Origin: an uncultured Deinococcales bacterium
GTDB lineage: Bacteria > Deinococcota > Deinococci > Deinococcales > JAAFIG01
DNA: 26,721 bases
Reading direction: 5' to 3'
Assembly (NCBI GenBank): GCA_964247135.1
Contig: CAXTTL010000040.1
Coordinates: 1 to 26,721 of the forward strand
Below, piece by piece: positions 18,281-24,367 of the stretch. How positions within the stretch are numbered: position 1 is the stretch's first letter; every line of letters begins with the position of its first letter. The position numbers were made by a program, and so were the translations under genes. The notes beneath the pieces were generated by a model. It ran no database searches and was not told where the DNA came from. It saw only the letters and a list, made by a program, of their open reading frames with translations.

Positions 18281-18312
18281 AACTCTTCCATCAAATTACG
18301 ATGGAAGGGTTA
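18281..18312. terminator. stem-loop between convergent genes
   Basis: AACTCTTCCATC pairs with GATGGAAGGGTT. Confidence 0.45.
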
Positions 18313-18380
18313 GAAATACCCATTTGCTCGAGTTGCGCTGAATGTCAGTGAATTTGCGAGAAAGCACTTTACATTCAAGA

Positions 18381-18550
18381 TTTACAGCGGTTTTCATATT
18401 CGTTGACGCGCTTCTTGACCCTGAAAGCAGCACCTTGCGGGCTTGGGTCGCTTCGCGCGCTCACTCCTATGAAAACCGCTTGTTGTTGCTACTCCCTCTG
18501 GTCGCCAATGTTCGACGCTTCGCGTCAAACATTGTGCAAGGCGCTGTAAA
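18381..18550. mobile_element. SRE/MITE-like non-autonomous palindromic element
   Basis: Terminal inverted repeats TTTACAGCG (18381-18389) and CGCTGTAAA (18542-18550); internal inverted repeat AGCGGTTTTCATA/TATGAAAACCGCT; linker CTACTCCCTCTGGTCG; second hairpin 18506-18534. The layout resembles Deinococcus/Meiothermus small repeat elements as I recall them. Confidence 0.6.
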
Positions 18551-18553
18551 AAC

Positions 18554-19390
18554 TTATTTTTTCAGGTCGGCGCAAAGCGGCACGTTGCTGAGGTCAGAGG
18601 CGAGATGCACGTTGATGTACGCGCCCAAATCACCGGCAATGGCGGCGGTCAGTCCAAGCAGACGAACGGTGCCATTGCCAGACGCGTCGGTGGTGAAATT
18701 CGCAAAGCCCAAGGTGATTGGACCCGCCGATTGGCAAGGGTTGGTCGAGGCGACACCCAAGGCATGATAGTGGGCGGCATATTGCGTGTTGGCTTGCAAA
18801 CCGGCAACCACCAACGTGGTGGCTTTGGTTCCGTCGCTGAGGGTCGAAATTTTTGCCACGCCGCTGGCATTGGAGCCGCCCTGGGCGGTAAATGATTTGT
18901 CACTCGAGGTTCCGGTGATGGCTGGCAAATCGGTGCCTGCCTGTTCGAGATCGGCGCACAACGGCACGCTGGCAAGATTCGAGGCGAGGTGAACGTTGAT
19001 GTACGCGCCAGCCGCACCACTGATCTTGCTGGTTTCGCTGAGCAATTTGACGCTGCCGTTGCCGCTGGCGTCGGTGGTGAAGGAATCAAAACCTTCGGTG
19101 ATGGCGCCGCCCGAGGCGCAGGCGCTGCTCGAGGCGGTGCCTTTGGCGTGATAATGCGCGGTGTACTGGGTCAGCGGCGTCAATCCGCTGACGGTCAAGG
19201 TGGTGGCGGTTGATCCGTCAACCAGAAAGACTTTTTTGGCGTTGCCCGATGCGGGCGAGCCACCTTGCGGGCTGAAAACGTATTGCTTGGCGCTGGCATT
19301 AAATGAACCTGATCCGCTCACATTGCATCCTGCAAGGGTCAGGGCGAGCATGGCTGCGGGGACGACGGTAGCAAATTTAAAAACGTTCAT
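18554..19390 (-). CDS. lipoprotein with two tandem Cu/Zn-superoxide-dismutase-like (SodC/CHRD-like) domains
   Basis: Lipobox LAGC; two highly similar repeats each with YxAHYH, C..(S/A)G and YINVH...VPLCADL; GGAGG RBS. Confidence 0.75.
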   Translation of the reverse strand: MNVFKFATVVPAAMLALTLAGCNVSGSGSFNASAKQYVFSPQGGSPASGNAKKVFLVDGSTATTLTVSGLTPLTQYTAHYHAKGTASSSACASGGAITEGFDSFTTDASGNGSVKLLSETSKISGAAGAYINVHLASNLASVPLCADLEQAGTDLPAITGTSSDKSFTAQGGSNASGVAKISTLSDGTKATTLVVAGLQANTQYAAHYHALGVASTNPCQSAGPITLGFANFTTDASGNGTVRLLGLTAAIAGDLGAYINVHLASDLSNVPLCADLKK

Positions 19391-19667
19391 GATGTACCTC
19401 CGTGGTGGTCAAGCGTCTCGAGGCTTGCCTAGGTTTTTATACGGGGCACACTTGCGGTTTAGATGTGATTTTGGGTTAAGCGATTTTTCAGGCAAATCAG
19501 AGGATTTGGGTGCAGTGGCACGAATTTATGTTCACGAACTTTGGTTTTTGCATCCCACAAAATCCTGTTCAGGCGTTTGGGATTTTTGACCAAACTCGAG
19601 TTTAAAAATATCGATCTTTAACTGTGCTCAATACAATCTTACGTTCAAACTCAAGTTTTGGGACTTG

Positions 19668-20456
19668 TCAGGATTTTGATTTAAACACCACACCATTCTT
19701 AAGGTTTGGCGCCCGACCAAGCTGAATTTGCTCCAAATAATCTGTGCGAATCTCGAGCAGCAAATCTTCGGCAAATTGGCGCGATGAAGGCAATTTCAAC
19801 GCCAAATTCTGTTCTCGAGTCTCGAGCCATTCGTTAAAACCGCGTTTGGCGGTGTGCTGGTTTTTGTCAAACAAGGTTTTGATTAAAGCTTCCAAACCCG
19901 AGCTTGATTTGAATGCCTGCACGCTACCGACCCACAATTCTGTTAACTGATCTGGAAAATCGACTCGCTCGAGACGCTGTTTGGTCAATTCCACGAAGGC
20001 TGGTTCAAATTCTGGAAATTCGCTGGCGACATCGCCCAGTCCGATCACCATCGACCAGTAATGCCAGTACAAACTGTCCTCCAAGCTGAGCAGTGCGGCA
20101 GGGTCACGCTCGAGTTCGAGAATTCTGGCGAGGGCAGCATCGAAGCCAACTGGTCCAAACGCACCGATGGCTTGCGGCACAATCTCGGGAATCCAGGCGT
20201 GACCGATTCGTTCCGCCTCGAGTTCGGCGGCAATCACCTCATGCACGGCTTGGCTCGCTTTGACGAGCACCAAATACGCGATTGATGAAGTCTCGAGCCG
20301 CAAGAATTCGTCTTCAGGGTTTTTCAACCACGGCAGCGCAATGATTTCTCGAGCCAGGGCGATCATTTCAGGATCAGGCTCGAGGGTTTTGATGGTTGGG
20401 GCGTCAAAAATTCCTGTGCCCTCTTTGAGTTGCAAAAGCCATTGTTCTCGGGTCAT
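19668..20456 (-). CDS. hypothetical alpha-helical protein
   Basis: 262 aa ORF with host-like codon use (in-frame CTCGAG Leu-Glu); TATTCT -10 box 6 nt before the ATG. No confident family. Confidence 0.75.
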   Translation of the reverse strand: MTREQWLLQLKEGTGIFDAPTIKTLEPDPEMIALAREIIALPWLKNPEDEFLRLETSSIAYLVLVKASQAVHEVIAAELEAERIGHAWIPEIVPQAIGAFGPVGFDAALARILELERDPAALLSLEDSLYWHYWSMVIGLGDVASEFPEFEPAFVELTKQRLERVDFPDQLTELWVGSVQAFKSSSGLEALIKTLFDKNQHTAKRGFNEWLETREQNLALKLPSSRQFAEDLLLEIRTDYLEQIQLGRAPNLKNGVVFKSKS

Positions 20457-20473
20457 CCGTTTAGAATAACGTG
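20457..20473. promoter_or_regulatory. bidirectional overlapping -10 elements for two leaderless genes
   Basis: Plus strand TAGAAT (20462-20467), N6, GTG at 20474. Minus strand TATTCT (20468-20463), N6, ATG at 20456. Confidence 0.75.
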
Positions 20474-23014
20474 GTGTCGCTTAAAGGTACAGGTTCTGGT
20501 CCACTTCCGCCGCTGCTCGAGCAGTACGTTAAACTTCGTGACGAACACGCCGAGTATCTGTTGTTTTTTCAGGTCGGCGAGTTTTTTGAGACCTTTGGCG
20601 AAGACGCCGAACGGTTCGCTCGAGCGCTGAATTTGACCTTGACGCACAAGACCAGCAAGGATTTTTCGACGCCGATGGCGGGCATTCCGATGCGTGCCGC
20701 CGATGCGCACATCGAGCGTTTGTTGAGGTTGGGCTACCGTGTGGCGGTGGCGGAACAGGTGCAAGACCCCGCGCTCGCGCAAGGTTTGGTTGACCGTGAG
20801 GTGACGCAGCTCATCACGCCAGGCACGGTGATTGACGACGCGATTTTGCACGGCGAAGAAAACTATTTGGCGGGTGTCGCCAGCGGTGACGGGTACGGGC
20901 TGGCGCTGCTTGACGTGAGCACCGGCGAGTTCAGGTGTTGTCACGTCTCGAGTCGCGGTGCGTTGTACGACGAACTGGCGCGGTATCGCCCGAGCGAGGT
21001 CTTGCTCGCGCCTGAACTTCAGGACAACACGGTGTTCTCGAACGAGTTTAATGCCAGGTTTAGAGCCATGCGCTCGAGTGCCAGTTTTGCGCCTCAGGAT
21101 GCCCAGGAAGTGCTCGAGCGGCAGTTTGGCAGTCTCCCCAAAGGGCTTGAACTCGAGGCGGTTTTACGGGCTTGTGGCGCGGTGCTGGCATACGCGTCTC
21201 GGGTCGCCGAGAACCAAACACTGCCCGCTGTGCGGCGCTTGGTGCGTTACGACCCTGGAGCGCAAATGCGCCTGGACGAAACCGCGATTCGGGCGCTCGA
21301 GATTTTTGAACCCATCAACCCGACCGCCAACGAGAATGCGACGTTGTTTGGTGCGCTCAACCAAACCCGCACCGCCCCAGGTCGTCGGCGCTTGAAAGAC
21401 TGGCTGCGCTCTCCCCTGCTCGACGTGAATCTGATTAACGACAGGCTCGAGGCGGTCGCCGATTTGTACCGAGACTCGAGCACCAGACATTCCATCCGCT
21501 CGAGTTTGTACCGCGCCCATGATTTGGAACGACTTGCGGCGCGGGTCGCCGCCGAACGTGCCAACGCCAGGGATTTGAACGCGCTTTGTCGCACCCTCGA
21601 GCTTGTGCCAGAGCTTCGCGCCAGCATTGCCAACCTCGAGTCAAGGCTTTTGCGTGACATTGCCAGTCGCTTAGACCCGATTGAAGAAGCCGCCAGCCTC
21701 GTGCGTGCCTCACTCGAGGAAAGCCCACCACTTCGACTGACAGACGGCGGTTTGATTCGAGACGGTTTTGACAGCGAACTCGACCAGTACCGCAAGCATT
21801 CGATGGCGGGACGCACTTGGATCGCTGCGCTCGAGGAATCCGAACGCGCCAGAACGGGCATTCACAGTTTGAAAGTTGGGTTCAACAATGTTTTCGGCTA
21901 TTTTCTTGAGGTTACCAACCAGCACCGTGACCGTGTTCCAGACGATTACAAACCCGTCGCAACCCTCAAAGACCGCCAGCGTTTTACCCGCCCCGACTTG
22001 CGCGAACGCGAGCGCGAGATTCTGCACAACGAAGACCGTGCCAGCAAACGTGAGTACAGCGTGTTCCTCGAGCTTCGGGTGAGTTTGGCAAAATTTACCG
22101 AGCGCCTGCAATTTTTGGCTGGCGCTCTGGCAGAACTCGACGTGCTCGCCAACCTCGCCGAAGTCGCCAGTGAGCGTAGTTATGTGCGACCCGAGATTCT
22201 CGAGAATGGCACGGTTCAGATCGAACAGGCGCGGCATCCCGTGGTTGAGGTGGCAACCAGAGAAACCAGCAACCCGTTCATTCCAAATGACATCAACCTG
22301 TCCGACTCGAGCCGCATCACATTAATCACTGGTCCAAACATGAGTGGCAAAAGCACCTACCTGCGTCAAATTGCCCTGATCGCCCTGATGACCCAAATCG
22401 GGTCGTTCGTGCCCGCCAAAACCGCCAAAACCAGGGTTTTTGACCGTATTTACACCCGCATCGGCGCCAGTGACGACTTGGCTGGTGGCGCGAGCACTTT
22501 CATGGTCGAAATGCGCGAACTCGCCAGCATTCTGCACGGCGCGACCCCCTCGAGCCTGGTGATTCTGGACGAGGTTGGACGCGGCACGAGCACTTTCGAC
22601 GGTCTGGCAATTGCCTGGGCGGCTTGCGAATTCTTGCATCAAACCAGGGCGTTCACGCTTTACGCCACGCATTATTTTGAACTGACACAACTCGAGCAGC
22701 GTCTTTCGGGCGTGGTGAATTTGCACGTCGCCGCCCAAGAAGAAGCCGCACACGGTTTGCGGTTTTACCATCAGGTCATGCCCGGACCCGCCAGCAAAAG
22801 TTACGGCGTGCAGGTCGCCAAACTTGCAGGCTTGCCACCCGAAGCCGTGGCTCGAGCCGAGGCATTGTTGAACAGCCTCGAATCCAACTCGAGTGACCGT
22901 GTGAATGTGGTCGCCAGGGAATTGCTGGCGTTGGATGTCTCGAGGTTGACGCCGATGCAGGCGCTCTCAAAGCTCGAGGAATTGCAGAAAGAGTTGCGAC
23001 CAAAGGCAGGATAA
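20474..23014 (+). CDS. mutS: DNA mismatch repair protein MutS (MutS1)
   Basis: PLLEQY, GEFFETF (Phe-X-Glu), PMAGIP, Walker A GPNMSGKST, STFMVEM, DEVGRGTST, ATHYFEL and SYGVQVAKLAG motifs. Start is GTG 20474 (alternative 20471). Confidence 0.97.
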   Translation: MSLKGTGSGPLPPLLEQYVKLRDEHAEYLLFFQVGEFFETFGEDAERFARALNLTLTHKTSKDFSTPMAGIPMRAADAHIERLLRLGYRVAVAEQVQDPALAQGLVDREVTQLITPGTVIDDAILHGEENYLAGVASGDGYGLALLDVSTGEFRCCHVSSRGALYDELARYRPSEVLLAPELQDNTVFSNEFNARFRAMRSSASFAPQDAQEVLERQFGSLPKGLELEAVLRACGAVLAYASRVAENQTLPAVRRLVRYDPGAQMRLDETAIRALEIFEPINPTANENATLFGALNQTRTAPGRRRLKDWLRSPLLDVNLINDRLEAVADLYRDSSTRHSIRSSLYRAHDLERLAARVAAERANARDLNALCRTLELVPELRASIANLESRLLRDIASRLDPIEEAASLVRASLEESPPLRLTDGGLIRDGFDSELDQYRKHSMAGRTWIAALEESERARTGIHSLKVGFNNVFGYFLEVTNQHRDRVPDDYKPVATLKDRQRFTRPDLREREREILHNEDRASKREYSVFLELRVSLAKFTERLQFLAGALAELDVLANLAEVASERSYVRPEILENGTVQIEQARHPVVEVATRETSNPFIPNDINLSDSSRITLITGPNMSGKSTYLRQIALIALMTQIGSFVPAKTAKTRVFDRIYTRIGASDDLAGGASTFMVEMRELASILHGATPSSLVILDEVGRGTSTFDGLAIAWAACEFLHQTRAFTLYATHYFELTQLEQRLSGVVNLHVAAQEEAAHGLRFYHQVMPGPASKSYGVQVAKLAGLPPEAVARAEALLNSLESNSSDRVNVVARELLALDVSRLTPMQALSKLEELQKELRPKAG

Positions 23015-23070
23015 ACTGGCTCTCAAATCAGCAATCGATTTTGACTAAAAACTCGAGAATTTATTTCGTT

Positions 23071-24060
23071 TCACACAGAACTTTCCGTAACTTGAGAATT
23101 GGCATTTTTTACCACATACGGGACTTCCCAAGCATGAACTGAGCCTGCTGTACTTGTGGCAATCACTTTGGAATCATCTGGATAGAATTGCACGTGTAGA
23201 ACTGGCCACGACATAGCGAATAAAGTTCCAAGGTCGTCACCTGTTTGAGCATTCCAAAACCGTATTTGACGACCTGAGCCGACGGCAGCAATGACTGAAC
23301 CATCATTTGAGAAAGCAGCAAATCGCAAATACAAATGATGGCTTTTAATTTGAAGCAGTTCGATACCAGTTTTAGCATCCCAAACCCTAACAATACTGTC
23401 CTGTCCTGCTGTTAAAATTTTTAAACCGTCCAACGAAAATACAGCACTGGGAAGCTGACTTTTGGATTTGTGTCCAACGAGTCTCAAGATTTCAGTACCA
23501 GTTTCAAGATTCCAAACTCGAGCTGTACCATCTGTTACTGTAGACACGATCATTGAACCATCCGAGCTAACATCGATATCACAAACGACACAAAATCCAT
23601 TGTCCGGTTCTTCGTGTTCCAAGCTTTTGATTCCTTCACCAGTTTCAAAATCCCATATAGAAACCTGGCTGCCTTGACACGTGATAATTTTTGTATCGTC
23701 CTCTAAAAACCTCACTGCATTAATAGACCATTGATGTACGTGAAGTTCCTTAAGTAAAGCTATACTTTTTACATCCCAAACTCGAATAAATCCATCTTGA
23801 TGACCAGTGACAATTTTGGACTCATCAAACGTGATGCAGGCACAACCAAATATTCCATAAAACGCTTTATCTTGTAAATGGATGTCGCTTTTTGCAATAA
23901 GAAACAATTCTCGTGCATTGGCTGCATCCCAAACTCGCACTGTTTCGTCACAACCCACTGTCAATATCCTCTTGCCGTCTTTTAAAAAAACTGCGGAAGC
24001 CACATCGCCAAAATGACCTTTGAAAGTTATTGCTGGTGTACTGATCCGTTCTGGTTTCAT
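23071..24060 (-). CDS. WD40 repeat beta-propeller protein
   Basis: About 7 repeats ending VRVWD, IRVWD, VSIWD, ARVWN, VRVWD, IRFWN and VHAWE, some with GH starts; GGAG RBS; AT-rich compared with neighbours. Confidence 0.9.
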   Translation of the reverse strand: MKPERISTPAITFKGHFGDVASAVFLKDGKRILTVGCDETVRVWDAANARELFLIAKSDIHLQDKAFYGIFGCACITFDESKIVTGHQDGFIRVWDVKSIALLKELHVHQWSINAVRFLEDDTKIITCQGSQVSIWDFETGEGIKSLEHEEPDNGFCVVCDIDVSSDGSMIVSTVTDGTARVWNLETGTEILRLVGHKSKSQLPSAVFSLDGLKILTAGQDSIVRVWDAKTGIELLQIKSHHLYLRFAAFSNDGSVIAAVGSGRQIRFWNAQTGDDLGTLFAMSWPVLHVQFYPDDSKVIATSTAGSVHAWEVPYVVKNANSQVTESSV

Positions 24061-24367
24061 GGTTCAATATCTCCGAGACAACCATAACAAAAAGTAGGAT
24101 CAAAAGTTTCTTCAATCATTCTTTTCGACAAAATTTTCAACTTTTTTGCGATGAACTATACAAAAACAGTCTATTTTTGGATACCATACTATACAAAAAT
24201 TGCAATTCTGGCTCACGAATCTTTCACAAACGCTTTCATCCGTCTCGAGTATTCACGTCCCACCTCAAGATGGTCTTTTCCCCAGAGTCTCGAGGCTGCA
24301 TGAAGTCGAGTCAAACATGAATCCTGACCTCAAGAAACGGCATCAATTTCCCATAACAATTACAAAA

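Noticed and set aside
18381-18550. 6S RNA interpretation of the 170 nt end-paired structure
   Set aside because: The size fits, but the internal copy of the left arm and the separate strong hairpin do not match a single rod with a central bubble. An Rfam search would settle it.
18342-18767. 141 aa plus-strand ORF across the palindromic element
   Set aside because: It overlaps the SodC-like gene antisense and the repeat element; no RBS or motif.
19525-19545. Possible Deinococcus radiation-desiccation response motif (TTATGTTCACGAACTTT)
   Set aside because: Only the left half matches; the right half lacks the palindromic CGTAA-type arm.
20570-20600. MutS mismatch-binding motif GEFFE instead of the usual GDFYE
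   Set aside because: The functional Phe-X-Glu is intact and the substitutions are conservative.
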